A DNA stretch of 64,000 nucleotides from Nitrososphaerota archaeon (GCA_033581555.1 JAVQSZ010000001.1:32001-96000), one strand, 5' to 3'. Positions 40,059-49,948 are shown, counted from the stretch's first letter. Translations and numbers: made by a program. Notes: generated by a model from the letters alone, not told the origin.

Positions 40059-41093
40059 CTACTGAGATCGAAGTTCCTGTATGTTAACGTCCTCGCGGCC
40101 AGATGACGACTTAGTCCGCTGAGCCGGCCCAACACCCGACCTGAGCGACCTGAGGCCCCTGCCGATACAACCGAACTTCGTGCTCATGTACGAGGAGAAG
40201 GCTGCGTTGCCGATCGAGGCCGCGAGCAGGAGCAGTCCCACCGCGTCGCTCGGGTCCCTGAGAAGGAGGACCGCCGGCACCGCGAAGGGGAAGACCATGG
40301 ACGCGAGGGCCCCTGCGAAGTACATCGCCGCGAAGCCCCGGTCGCTCGCCGTGCTCCTCTTCCTGTCGATCTTGATGCCCAGGGCCAGCACGAAGGGCTT
40401 GAGCTTGGAGGGGAAGAACGGGGCCTTGACCATCGCGGAGATCCCGAGGAAGTAATGGCTGAACTTCACGCCCACCAGCTCCCCGACGGCCCAGTGCATG
40501 AAGTCGTGGGTGAAGAACCAGAGCAGGAACCAGGCCGCGAACTTCCCGACGGGGTAGAGGGGCCAGGGCAGGTCGATAAACGCCAGGACTAACGCCAGCG
40601 AGATCATGAGGGCGCTGAGCGCGTTCCCGAGGCCCAACGGTATCCTGAAGGGGTCCCTAAAGGCCGGCTTGACGTCGACGCCAAAGAAGCTCCTGATCGC
40701 GTCGACCCTGTAGTCGAGGGCCCTCCTGAGGACCAGCTCCGCGACCGGTTTGAGAGGCGTGCCCCTGACCTCGAACTCCTCGCGAACCTTAGTGGAGCCG
40801 CTCGCGGGCTCAAAGCGCTGACTGTGCCAGAGCTTCCCGATGGGGAACTCGTGGGTCTCGTGGATCGACCCGAGGTCGTTGAGCTGGACGATCCTGAAGG
40901 CCGCGGGGAACTCCTGGTTGAACAGCCGGACCGTCACCCTGTACTCCGCGCCCTCCCTCAGGGGCGTGGGGTCGCTCAGGAGCCTGATCCTGAACTGGCT
41001 CGGCCAGACCCTCTCGAGGTTGCGCGGGTCGTAGAAGAACCTCCGGACCTCATCGACCGGTGCCGGAAGTACATACTCGTACTTGATGGTCAA
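40059..41093 (-). CDS. SRPBCC/START-like domain fused to a membrane domain with HDxxH
   Basis: APVDEV..F...P.NL..VWP, W.H...FE....T...E; C-terminal TMs with FFTHDFMH; start TTG 41093 or ATG 41114. Confidence 0.72.
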   Translation of the reverse strand: MTIKYEYVLPAPVDEVRRFFYDPRNLERVWPSQFRIRLLSDPTPLREGAEYRVTVRLFNQEFPAAFRIVQLNDLGSIHETHEFPIGKLWHSQRFEPASGSTKVREEFEVRGTPLKPVAELVLRRALDYRVDAIRSFFGVDVKPAFRDPFRIPLGLGNALSALMISLALVLAFIDLPWPLYPVGKFAAWFLLWFFTHDFMHWAVGELVGVKFSHYFLGISAMVKAPFFPSKLKPFVLALGIKIDRKRSTASDRGFAAMYFAGALASMVFPFAVPAVLLLRDPSDAVGLLLLAASIGNAAFSSYMSTKFGCIGRGLRSLRSGVGPAQRTKSSSGREDVNIQELRSQ

Positions 41094-41258
41094 GTCCGGG
41101 TGATTATAGAACATCGAGGATAAGAGCGTCTCAGCTCGACGCCGCTCTGAGAGGAGGGGCCGCCGTCGGACCGGGGGCACGCCACCGGCATGACTTTGAC
41201 CACGACTGGGTGCTGGACGGCCATCAGGTTTATGGGTCCGCGATCGGGGAGGAGCCGG

Positions 41259-41414
41259 ATGAACGGCGACCTAGGTGAGCTCGGGCGGAGGCTCTCGCAG
41301 CTCGAGGCGGAGCTCAAGGAGCTGAGGAGGACGGTGGAGAGGCTCGCGGACGAGGTCAGGGAGATCAGGCTGGAGCTCGAGGACCTCTCCGCCAGGCTTG
41401 AGGGAAGGGCTTGA
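41259..41414 (+). CDS. Small coiled-coil protein (51 aa)
   Basis: GGAGG RBS then MNGDLGELGRRLSQLEAELKELRR...; stop overlaps the next start. Confidence 0.6.
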   Translation: MNGDLGELGRRLSQLEAELKELRRTVERLADEVREIRLELEDLSARLEGRA

Positions 41415-42319
41415 GCACCGTCGGGACCAGTGACCGTCTAACGGCCGCGGATGCGGAGTTCTTCTGCAAGGACGAGTACTTCGACCACGTCGTCTACAGG
41501 GAGCTCGCGAGGGCCGAGAGGGACGGGCAGAGGAGGGAGCTGCTAGAGCGGCTCTCGGAGATGGAGGAGAAGCACTACAGGTTCTGGAGCGGCTACGCGG
41601 GCTCAGCTAGGATGAGGGGCCTCAGGCTCAGGCTCTTCCTGATACTGCTCCTCAGGAGGCTGATGGGAGTGGTCTTCGTCATCAAGCTGCTCGAGCGCCA
41701 CGAGTCCGAGGTGGTCGCGAGATACAGGAGGCTCCTCGAGGGGCTCGACGGCGAGGTCCGTGAGAAGGTCGAGGAGTTCCTCAGGGACGAGGAGGTCCAC
41801 GAGAAGTCCCTCATGTCCCAGATCGACGAGCCAGTCCTCAGGTACATCGGGTTCGTCGCGCTCGGCCTCTCCGACTCGATCATCGAGATCACCGGCGTCC
41901 ACGCGGGCTTCCTGGGCGTGACGGCCTCCACGCTCGTCGCGGGCGTCGCGGGCCTGATCGTTGGCTTCGCGGCCTCGATCTCGATGGGCGTCGCGGCTTA
42001 CCTGAAGGCCAAGAGCGAGCTGAGGCACAGGCCGATCAGCTCAGGGCTCGTGACCGGTCTCGCGTACATGCTCAGCACCGTGCTGCTGGCCTTCCCGTAC
42101 TTCCTTACCCATGAGATGTTGGCGGCCTTCGCGGGCTCCGTGGCCTTCGCGGTCCTCCTAGCCACCGTGTTCTCGTACTACGTCGCGGTCGTCCAGGACC
42201 TGGGCTTCAGGAGGGAGGCGCTGGAGAACACGGCGCTCCTGTTGGGCACCGCGGTGGCCACCTACCTCTTCGGTGAGGCCCTAGGGACGGCCTTCGGGAT
42301 AAGGGCCGCGATCCACTGA
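41411..42319 (+). CDS. Rubrerythrin/ferritin-like plus VIT1/CCC1 iron transporter fusion
   Basis: Two ExxH di-iron motifs (MEEKH, DEEVHE); VIT1 region LGLSDSIIE..G..AG, ASISMG. Confidence 0.88.
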   Translation: MSTVGTSDRLTAADAEFFCKDEYFDHVVYRELARAERDGQRRELLERLSEMEEKHYRFWSGYAGSARMRGLRLRLFLILLLRRLMGVVFVIKLLERHESEVVARYRRLLEGLDGEVREKVEEFLRDEEVHEKSLMSQIDEPVLRYIGFVALGLSDSIIEITGVHAGFLGVTASTLVAGVAGLIVGFAASISMGVAAYLKAKSELRHRPISSGLVTGLAYMLSTVLLAFPYFLTHEMLAAFAGSVAFAVLLATVFSYYVAVVQDLGFRREALENTALLLGTAVATYLFGEALGTAFGIRAAIH

Positions 42320-42323
42320 AGCT

Positions 42324-43802
42324 TCAGGCGATCCCCAGCTTCTCGTTCGCCTCGCGGAGCTCCCTCAGCAGCCTCGCCCTCCACCTCTCGAAGCCCTCGG
42401 GCCTCTCCGGGTACTCGAGGTAGAGCGAGATCAGCCTCCTGCTCTTGTCAGCGACGTAGCTCAGACCCCTCGCGAGCTTAGGTCTCTCCCTAACCCTCTT
42501 CCTCAGCTCACCGTCCATGAGGACCCTCAGGAAGTTCGTCAGGAGCGGGAACCTCGGGTGCTCCCTCCTCTTGATGCTCTCGATGTCGTCCTGTGAGAGG
42601 AAGTGCTTCATCCCGAAGGAGATGTCGTCGTTCGGCAGGGTCTGGAGGTACCTCCTGAGGACCTCGAAGCTCGCCATCTGATAGCCGTACTCGTGGACGT
42701 AGTTGACGTTATAGCTCCAGAGCCCGGCCTCGCTGACGTCGTTCGCCTCAATCGCCTCGGCCAGCGTCCTCCCGAGTATCACGGAGGCGTAGAGGGCCGG
42801 CCCGATCCCTCCGGCGTCGATCGGCCTCGGCATCCAGGCCGCGTCTCCGACCACGACGAAGCCGTTCCCGACCAGGCAGTCGTTCTGCCTCCTAACGGGG
42901 ACCTGCCAGACGCTGTAGACGTTCCCCCTGTCCGCCTCGCCCTCGGGGGGCCTGGGGTTCGAGATGACCCTGTTAGCCCTGACGTACTGGTCGATCAGCG
43001 AGGCCAGGTTGTCCCTCAGGCCGTGGGCCGCGTTCCTCCGGTCCAGGGCTGCCTTCTGGACTCCCAACCCGATGTTGACTTTGTTCTCGCCCTTCGGGAA
43101 GGTCCAGCAATACCCTCCGGGAGCGAGGAACTGGTCGAGGTGGATGATGCAGTACCTTGGGTCGAACCACGTGCGGTCCTCGACGGCCCTCTCGAACTCG
43201 AGGATGTATCTCCCAGTCCCCTCCATGTCGTGCTCCTTGTCTATCTCCCTCTCCATCTTCGCCGCGATGGGGAGGTTGGTCCTCAGGACCGAGGCCGAGC
43301 CCGACGCGTCGACCACGACTTTCGCCATGACCTCGATCGGACTTCCGTCCCGCGAGGTGCACCTGACCCCCTTGACGAAGCCGTCCTCCGCGATCAGCGA
43401 CCTCGCGTCCACCCCGAACATCACCTCCACCCCGAACCTCTCCAAGTGCTTGAGAGTCCTCTGAGGCCAAAGCTTCCTGTTGAGGAGGTAGCCTTCGCCG
43501 TCGAAGAGGACTTTCGTCTCGTGGTCGGGGGAGATGACCAGCACGCCGTCCACGTGGTGCTCCACCTCCGGCCACTCGTACCTGATGCCGAGTGAGTTCA
43601 TCACGTGATCGAGGCTCCTCTTGCTCACCGCGTCGCCGCAGGCCCAACCGCTCTTCGTCTTCTTTCCGAACTCCTCCCGCGTGTTCCTGTCGATCAGGAG
43701 GACCCTCGCGTTCCCCTTAGAGAACTTCGCGACCGCCATCGCGGTGTGGGCTCCAGCTGGCCCGCCGCCGACTACCGCGACGTCGCATTCCAGTCTCATC
43801 AC
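42324..43802 (-). CDS. Geranylgeranyl reductase family (digeranylgeranylglycerophospholipid reductase-like)
   Basis: VGGGPAG, CGDA, PGGY.W.FPKG, GDAA....P...GGI. Confidence 0.88.
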   Translation of the reverse strand: MMRLECDVAVVGGGPAGAHTAMAVAKFSKGNARVLLIDRNTREEFGKKTKSGWACGDAVSKRSLDHVMNSLGIRYEWPEVEHHVDGVLVISPDHETKVLFDGEGYLLNRKLWPQRTLKHLERFGVEVMFGVDARSLIAEDGFVKGVRCTSRDGSPIEVMAKVVVDASGSASVLRTNLPIAAKMEREIDKEHDMEGTGRYILEFERAVEDRTWFDPRYCIIHLDQFLAPGGYCWTFPKGENKVNIGLGVQKAALDRRNAAHGLRDNLASLIDQYVRANRVISNPRPPEGEADRGNVYSVWQVPVRRQNDCLVGNGFVVVGDAAWMPRPIDAGGIGPALYASVILGRTLAEAIEANDVSEAGLWSYNVNYVHEYGYQMASFEVLRRYLQTLPNDDISFGMKHFLSQDDIESIKRREHPRFPLLTNFLRVLMDGELRKRVRERPKLARGLSYVADKSRRLISLYLEYPERPEGFERWRARLLRELREANEKLGIA

Positions 43803-43912
43803 GGAGTCGGCCCGTGAGATGTTATAAAACGTGATCGCGGCGACCGGGAGGGGACGCGGCCAGCGGTCTTCGGATACGACCTTATAGTCCGAGCGGTCCG
43901 TTTGAGCTCGAG

Positions 43913-45184
43913 TTGGACAGGTACGACGTCGTCGTCGTGGGAGCGGGCGCCTTCGGGCTCGGGTCGGCCTACCACCTGGCGAGGAGGGGCGCGGGGAGGA
44001 TCGCGCTCGTGGACTCGCTCCCTGGACCGGGACAGGGCAACACGGGCAGGAGCGTCGGGGGCTTCAGGAAGGGCCTCTTCACCTCCGAGCTGAACAGGAT
44101 GCTCTCCGAGTCGACGGTCGCGTTCCTCGCCGACCTCCAGAGGTCAGGAGTCGACCTCGGCATGCACAGCGTCGGGTACCTCGTCCTCCTGAACGGACCG
44201 CAGCTCGAGGCGAACGAGCGGGCCATCAGGGAGCTGGTGAGGAGGGGGAACGCGAGGCTCATCGACGCAGGCGAGCTCAAGGGGCTCGTGCCTTGGATGA
44301 GGCTCGAATTCGACGGAGACGAGGAGGCGGCGATCCTAGGTCTCAGGAACGTCGAGGCAGCGCTCTTCTCCGGCCAGTCGGGTTACCTGGACGTCGAGAA
44401 GCTGGTCGGCTACCTCCACAGGGAGGTCCTCGACGCGGGGGTCGAGCCGAGGTTCAACGAGCGGGTGAGGAGGCTGAGGCTCGGGCCGGTCGTCTCGATA
44501 GGCCACCCGAGGGAGCCCCTTGCCTGGCAGGAGAAGAGGGTCGAGGCCCTCGAGACCGACAGGGGAGAGCTAAGGGCGGACGTAGTCGTTCTAGCGACGG
44601 GTGCTTGGATCAACGAGCTCCTCGACCCGATAGGGATAGACTCGCACGTCAAGCCGAAGAAGCGCCAGGTCTTCTCGATCGAGGCGAAGGGAGGACTGAG
44701 GAGGTTCTTCGAGGTAGAGGGCTTCAACGGGTACTCCTCGCTCCCGATGACCTTCTTCCCGAGGGGGCCGTACGTAGTCCCGAGGGTGAGGGAGAGAGTG
44801 CTCTGGACCGGGATGAGCGACGACGTCGGCAGGCCATGGGGGATAGACTTCTCGCCCGAGGAGAGTTTCTACCTCGACAACATCTACCCGACGCTGAGCA
44901 AGGTGTTCCCGGTCCTCAGGGACGTGAGGCCGACCAGCATGTGGGCTGGGTGTTACTCGATTAACACGATCGACGAGAACCCGATCGCCTTCAGGTCGAT
45001 GAACCTGGTCGTGGTGACCGGAGGGAGCGGGAGTGGTGTGATGAAGTTCGACGCAATGAGCAGGGTCGCCGCGTCCCTCGCTCTGGGGGAGGAGGAGGCG
45101 GTCCTCTACACTGGTGAAAGGCTCCCGGTCTCCTGGTTGGGGATAAGGGATAGGAGGGCGGAGCCAGAGTCGTTCGTCTTCTAG
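43913..45184 (+). CDS. FAD-dependent oxidoreductase, DAO/sarcosine oxidase beta/proline dehydrogenase beta-like
   Basis: VVGAGAFG, NTGRS.G, LATGAW, WAG.Y, G.SGSG.MK. Confidence 0.88.
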   Translation: MDRYDVVVVGAGAFGLGSAYHLARRGAGRIALVDSLPGPGQGNTGRSVGGFRKGLFTSELNRMLSESTVAFLADLQRSGVDLGMHSVGYLVLLNGPQLEANERAIRELVRRGNARLIDAGELKGLVPWMRLEFDGDEEAAILGLRNVEAALFSGQSGYLDVEKLVGYLHREVLDAGVEPRFNERVRRLRLGPVVSIGHPREPLAWQEKRVEALETDRGELRADVVVLATGAWINELLDPIGIDSHVKPKKRQVFSIEAKGGLRRFFEVEGFNGYSSLPMTFFPRGPYVVPRVRERVLWTGMSDDVGRPWGIDFSPEESFYLDNIYPTLSKVFPVLRDVRPTSMWAGCYSINTIDENPIAFRSMNLVVVTGGSGSGVMKFDAMSRVAASLALGEEEAVLYTGERLPVSWLGIRDRRAEPESFVF

Positions 45185-45217
45185 CGCAGCTAAGTCAATA
45201 GAACAGACACCGCGATT

Positions 45218-46621
45218 TCAGACGCCCTTCAAGTAAGGGAGGCCATTGACCCAGGGGAGCTCCCGCTCAAGTCGCCTCAGGGACTCCCTGATCTGCTCCT
45301 CCGGGTAGTCGTAGGGCTGGAGCCTCCCATCGAGGTGCTCGCCGTAGGCCTGTAGGTCGAAGTAGCCGTGTCCGGAGAGGTTGAAGAGGATGACCTCCTC
45401 TTCTCCGGTCCCCTTGCACCTGAGTGCCTCGTCGATAGCGAACTTGATCGCGTGGGCCGACTCCGGTGCGGGCAGGATGCCCTCTGTCCTGGCGAAGAGC
45501 GTCGCAGCCTCGAAGACCTCGGTCTGGTTGTAGGCGCGGGCCTCGATCAGGCCCTTCCTCAACAGGAGGCAGAGGGTGGGCGCGTCCCCGTGGTACCTGA
45601 GGCCTCCTGCGTGGATAGGAGGAGGCACGAAGTCGGACCCGAGCGTGTACATCGGGAGGAGCGGTGTGAGCTTCGCGGTATCGCCGTAGTCGTAGGTGTA
45701 GACGCCCTTAGTGAGCGTCGGACACGCGGTGGGCTCGGTCGCGACGAACCTCGTCCGCTTCGGAGCCCTCTTCGCCACGTGGACGTCGTAGTAGAAGGGC
45801 CAGAAGATCCCAGAGAACGAGCTCCCGCCTCCGACGCAACCGGCGACCACGTCGGGATACTCGTCGAGCTTCGCGAGCTGCTCCCTCGCCTCGAGTCCGA
45901 TGACCGTCTGGTGAATCAGCACGTGGTTCAGGACGGACCCGAGGGAGTACTTCGTGTCATCGTGCTTCACGGCGTCCTCGAGCGCCTCGCTGATCGCGAT
46001 CCCCAGGCTCCCCGGATGCTCGGGATCGGACTTCAGGAGACTGCGGCCGTACTCGGTCCTGTCGCTCGGGCTCGGGTGGATCTCCGCCCCCCAGACCCTC
46101 ATCAGGAGCGACCTATAGGGCTTCTGCCTGTAGGAGGCCCTGACCATGTAGACCGTGCACCTCAGCCCGAAGAGCATCGTCGCGAAAGCTAACGCTGAGC
46201 CCCACTGGCCAGCGCCGGTCTCGGTCGTGAGCCGCTGGACGCCCTCCTTCGCGTTGTAATAGGCCTGCGCGACAGCGGTGTTGGGCTTGTGGGACCCCGG
46301 AGGGCTGACGCCCTCGTACTTGAAGTAGATCCTCGCGGGCGTCCTCAGGTACCCCTCGAGCCTCTCGGCCCTGTAGAGCGGCGTCGGCCTCCAGATCCTG
46401 TAGATCTCCCTCACTTCCTGGGGGATCGGGATCCACCTCTCCCGGCTGACCTCCTGCTCCACCAGCTCCCTCGGGAAGATCCGCTCGAGGGCCTTCGGGT
46501 CGACCGGCTCCCTCGTGCCCGGGTCGATCGGCGGCGGCAGCGGAGTCGGGAGGTCCGGGACCAAGTTGTACCACGACTTCGGGAGCGCGTCCTCGTCCAG
46601 CAGGACCTTCCTCTCGGCCAT
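45218..46621 (-). CDS. trpB2: Tryptophan synthase beta chain 2 (TrpB2)
   Basis: [50 protein letters not shown]. Confidence 0.95.
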   Translation of the reverse strand: MAERKVLLDEDALPKSWYNLVPDLPTPLPPPIDPGTREPVDPKALERIFPRELVEQEVSRERWIPIPQEVREIYRIWRPTPLYRAERLEGYLRTPARIYFKYEGVSPPGSHKPNTAVAQAYYNAKEGVQRLTTETGAGQWGSALAFATMLFGLRCTVYMVRASYRQKPYRSLLMRVWGAEIHPSPSDRTEYGRSLLKSDPEHPGSLGIAISEALEDAVKHDDTKYSLGSVLNHVLIHQTVIGLEAREQLAKLDEYPDVVAGCVGGGSSFSGIFWPFYYDVHVAKRAPKRTRFVATEPTACPTLTKGVYTYDYGDTAKLTPLLPMYTLGSDFVPPPIHAGGLRYHGDAPTLCLLLRKGLIEARAYNQTEVFEAATLFARTEGILPAPESAHAIKFAIDEALRCKGTGEEEVILFNLSGHGYFDLQAYGEHLDGRLQPYDYPEEQIRESLRRLERELPWVNGLPYLKGV

Positions 46622-46704
46622 GCGCGCCCATCAGCTTGAGGCAGTCTATTCAAATCTTCTTCGGGGACAATCTTAAATGCTCAGCCGGAAAACTGGAGCT
46701 CGGG

Positions 46705-46776
46705 GCCCGGGTGGCCGAGCGGCGAGGCGGCGGCCTGCAGAGCCGCTTCACGCGGGTTCGAGTCCCGCCCCGGGCT
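46705..46776 (+). tRNA. tRNA-Cys(GCA)
   Basis: GCCCGGG acceptor stem, GCGGC-CTGCAGA-GCCGC anticodon arm, GCGGG-TTCGAGT-CCCGC, U discriminator. Confidence 0.95.
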
Positions 46777-46793
46777 TAAACATATCACATTAA

Positions 46794-47040
46794 CTAATAA
46801 TTTGATGAGAGGAGAAATGGAGAACCAAAGAGGGAGGGGGAACTCAAGCGCCAATGACCAGTTCCCGAGTTGAACAACGGCTCTCCGCAGTAAACAGAGC
46901 ATCTGAACCCATGGTATACTACGTCGCTGCTTGTGATGATGAACGTAACCTTTTCACCTTTCCTGACTACAAACTCGTTCGGCTCGAGGATCCATGATAG
47001 AGGAACATGCAACTATACATACATCGATGTTCCACCTGAT
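46794..47040 (-). pseudogene. Remnant of heme-copper oxidase subunit II (CuA cupredoxin domain)
   Basis: EPNEFVVRKGEKVTFIITSSDVVYHGF joined directly to RCSVYCGEP..GTGH; in-frame stop just upstream; much lower GC than the flanks. Confidence 0.7.
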
Positions 47041-47126
47041 TCATGAGGAGAGGTGAATGTTCGTGCAATAGCAGTCGGGCGCTTCGAGCACATCCCAAAA
47101 ATTCCTTATTGTCGATGGGCGCGGAA

Positions 47127-47669
47127 TCAGAGGGCCATCAGCATGACCTCTGTCGCCTTCACCACGACCGCGACCCTGCTCCCCTTCCTAAGGCCCAGCC
47201 TCTCGACCGACTGGGTCGTGACGACCGCCCTCACGGACTGCGCGGGCTCGAGCTCCACCTCGACCATCGAGACGACGTCGCTCCTCGTCACGGAGGTGAC
47301 CCTGCCGGTGAGCCTGTTCCTAGCGCTGAACACCTCCTCGATCAGCGACGCGACGAACCCGGGCCTGACGACCGACATCGCGCCGTAGTACGCGACCAAG
47401 AGCTCGCTCCCCCTCTCGGTCAGCTGGGCCCCACCTCCGCCCCTTCCGCCCCGCGACCTGACGACGAGCCTGAGGCCGGTCGTCGCCTCCGCGGACCTTA
47501 TCCAGCCCAGCCCGGTCTTCAGCGTGACCCCCAGTGCCTCACAGGCCCTCGAGACCGACCCGAACCTCCTGATCCCGTCCAGCAACTCGAAGAGGTCCCT
47601 TCTGAGCCTCACGGCCCCGCTCGGGAGCTCAACCTCGACCCATCTGCCCTCGATCTTAGCGACCGTCAT
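47127..47669 (-). CDS. modE: ModE-like molybdate/tungstate regulator (HTH plus TOBE)
   Basis: GSVSRAC..LG, RGGRGGGGAQLT, SARN.L.G.V, A.VT..S...LGL..G, VKATEV. Confidence 0.88.
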   Translation of the reverse strand: MTVAKIEGRWVEVELPSGAVRLRRDLFELLDGIRRFGSVSRACEALGVTLKTGLGWIRSAEATTGLRLVVRSRGGRGGGGAQLTERGSELLVAYYGAMSVVRPGFVASLIEEVFSARNRLTGRVTSVTRSDVVSMVEVELEPAQSVRAVVTTQSVERLGLRKGSRVAVVVKATEVMLMAL

Positions 47670-47677
47670 GTACCGTT

Positions 47678-47725
47678 GGGTAATTCCCTACTCCACCCTT
47701 AAATTTCTACCCCCGGTAATACCGG
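47678..47725. promoter_or_regulatory. Two GGTAATWCC palindromic boxes flanking a TTAAAT TATA in the modE/modA divergent promoter
   Basis: GGGTAATTCCC at 47678-47688 and CCGGTAATACCGG at 47713-47725. Confidence 0.55.
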
Positions 47726-47740
47726 CTGGCGTTGTTACGG

Positions 47741-48601
47741 ATGAGGCTGTTCGTCGCGGCGGTTGCGGTCGGGCTCGCGGTCGCGGCAGCTCTGGCAGCT
47801 CTCGCGTCCATCTCATCGGATCGGAGGCGGGTGGTCGTCTTCGCGGCGCCGACGCTCTACGAGCTCGCGGCGGAGGCGGCGAGGCTCACGGGCGGGAAGG
47901 TGGACGTCGTCTCGATGGGGAGCGTGGCCGCGGTCAGGCAGGTCCAGCTCGGAAGGATCCCGGACGCGCTGGTGAGCGTCGACGCGGAGCTGGTCCAGTT
48001 CCTCCCGCGCCTCAGGAGGGTCGAGCCGCTGGGAGGTTTCAGGCTGCTCCTCCTCTGCAGGGATCGGGTCGACCTGATGGACCTCAGGCGCGTCAGGTTC
48101 GGCCTGGCAGACCCCAACACGGCCCCGATCGGGTACAGGGCGGTCGCGGCGCTCTACTGGCTCGCGGTGACCAGGAACTCGGTCGACGTCGTGGAACTCG
48201 AGAGGGCCCTCTCGGTCAGGTTCGAGCGCTCGTCGGACGGCGGTGAGGTCGTGATGAGGCTGGAGTCCTTCAGGCCCAGCGGCAACTTCCTAGTGAGGGA
48301 CGACCTCGCCGGAGCCTTCCTGCTCCTCGAGAACGGCGCGGTCGACTGCGTCTTCGCCCACTCACCCTTCGTCGTCTCGAGGAGGCTCGAGGGGAGGTAC
48401 GCGGTGGTCGAGATGCCGGAGGAGCTGACGTTCTTGGGGGATCCACCGGTGAGGTTCGTCGCGGTCACCGAGCTCGGCGCGGTCGATGTGAGGAGGTTCG
48501 AGGCGGTCGCGGTCTCCTTCACCGAGGCCGGCGACTCCTACCTGAGGGCCTTGACGTCCGTCGATGCAGAGAGGTTCGGGCTGGTGACCCGGGATGGATA
48601 G
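47741..48601 (+). CDS. Molybdate/tungstate ABC transporter substrate-binding protein (WtpA/ModA-like)
   Basis: Signal anchor, FAAPTL, GSVAAVR, ADPN.AP.GYR; divergent from modE. Confidence 0.82.
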   Translation: MRLFVAAVAVGLAVAAALAALASISSDRRRVVVFAAPTLYELAAEAARLTGGKVDVVSMGSVAAVRQVQLGRIPDALVSVDAELVQFLPRLRRVEPLGGFRLLLLCRDRVDLMDLRRVRFGLADPNTAPIGYRAVAALYWLAVTRNSVDVVELERALSVRFERSSDGGEVVMRLESFRPSGNFLVRDDLAGAFLLLENGAVDCVFAHSPFVVSRRLEGRYAVVEMPEELTFLGDPPVRFVAVTELGAVDVRRFEAVAVSFTEAGDSYLRALTSVDAERFGLVTRDG

Positions 48602-49292
48602 AGTCCAGGCCCTCTGCCTCGGAGTCTCGCTGGCCTACTTTTCTCTACTCACGGTTCCCGCGCTGCTGACGTACAGGCCCGAGTTCGAGCCCACCTTCCT
48701 CGAGGCACTGGTCAACACGGCACTCCTCGCGACCGTCTCGACCTCGGTCTCCGTCCCCCTTGGCGTGGTCCTCGCCTACGGGACGCTCCCAGCTCCCTGG
48801 AGGCTCATCGCTCCGGTCGTGACCTTCACGGTCTCGGTCCCCCACACCGCGATCGGGGTGCTCCTTGCGCCCGCGGTCTTCGGAGCCGGGCTAGCGGACA
48901 CCGCGACGGCGGTGGCGCTGGCGATGATAGTGGTCTCTACGCCGATGAGCTTCTCGGTCCTGAGGGGAGCCTTCGCGTCGCTGGGGAGCTGCTACGTCGA
49001 GTTCCTCAGGGCGATGGGGATGAGAGGGTTAGGGGTGGCCGCGATGATGCTCAGGTCCACCAGGACCGCGCTCGTCTCCGCATCCGTCCTCACGTGGTTC
49101 AGGTCCTTCTCCGAGCTCGGTGCGCTGCTGATCCTCGCCCACAGGCCGTTGACGGTCGGCGTCTACGTCTACGAGGAGTTCCTGAGGAGGGGAGCGGGGC
49201 CGGTGATCGGGGCGTCGCTTGTCCTCGCGCTCGTGGCCCTCGCGGTCGCCATCGTCCTCGAGAGGTGGTCCGGAGACGCTGGAGGTCGTTGA
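48594..49292 (+). CDS. Molybdate/tungstate ABC transporter permease (WtpB/ModB-like)
   Basis: VPHTAIG..L, W.RS.SE.GA..I.A..P; multiple TMs. Confidence 0.85.
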   Translation: MDRVQALCLGVSLAYFSLLTVPALLTYRPEFEPTFLEALVNTALLATVSTSVSVPLGVVLAYGTLPAPWRLIAPVVTFTVSVPHTAIGVLLAPAVFGAGLADTATAVALAMIVVSTPMSFSVLRGAFASLGSCYVEFLRAMGMRGLGVAAMMLRSTRTALVSASVLTWFRSFSELGALLILAHRPLTVGVYVYEEFLRRGAGPVIGASLVLALVALAVAIVLERWSGDAGGR

Positions 49293-49935
49293 CTACCTGG
49301 TGAAGGCCTACGGCCGCTCAGTATCGGTCGGGGAGCTGAGTGTGAAGGGGACGACCGCGCTGTTGGGGAGGAACGGGGCCGGGAAGACGATCCTCGCGAG
49401 GTCCCTGATGGGCTTCATCAGGCCCGCGAGGGGCAGGGTCTACGTCGGCGGCGAGGACGTCACGGACCTCCCTCCCGAGGAGAGGCCGATCAGCTACCTC
49501 CCCCAGACGCAGGTCGCTCTCCCCCTGAGGCCCGTGTCCCAGCTCGAGCTCTTCGCTAGGCGCCACGGCTCTGACTGGAGGTGGGTCGTCGGGAGGCTGG
49601 GTCTCGAGGGGCTTCTCCGGAAGGAGGGGCTCTCCGGAGGCGAGAGGCAGCTCCTGAACCTCGCGACGGTCCTCTTGAAGAGGCCGAAGGCCCTGATCCT
49701 TGACGAGCCGACATCACACCTCGACTTCGCGAACAAGGCCATGGTCCTCGAGGCCCTGATGTCGATCGACGTTCCCATGCTCTTCATCACCCACGACCCG
49801 ATAGAGGCCGCTTACCTCGCCGACGAGATCGTCGTCCTGAGGGACGGCAAGTTGACCGGTCCCGTGAAGAACGGCATGAGGGGGTGGGCGGAGGAGGTGC
49901 TGAGGGAGGCCGGAGAGGTCCTAGGGGTCCACTAG
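49276..49935 (+). CDS. Molybdate/tungstate ABC transporter ATPase (WtpC/ModC-like); start uncertain (ACG 49276 or GTG 49300)
   Basis: GRNGAGKT, LSGGE, ILDEP, ITHD. Confidence 0.88.
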   Translation, partial: TLEVVDYLVKAYGRSVSVGELSVKGTTALLGRNGAGKTILARSLMGFIRPARGRVYVGGEDVTDLPPEERPISYLPQTQVALPLRPVSQLELFARRHGSDWRWVVGRLGLEGLLRKEGLSGGERQLLNLATVLLKRPKALILDEPTSHLDFANKAMVLEALMSIDVPMLFITHDPIEAAYLADEIVVLRDGKLTGPVKNGMRGWAEEVLREAGEVLGVH

Positions 49936-49948
49936 AGTCCCTGGGCGC

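Noticed and set aside
46705-49935. Intact integrative element at tRNA-Cys
   Set aside because: No integrase, transposase or att direct repeat was found; only a decayed remnant is supportable.
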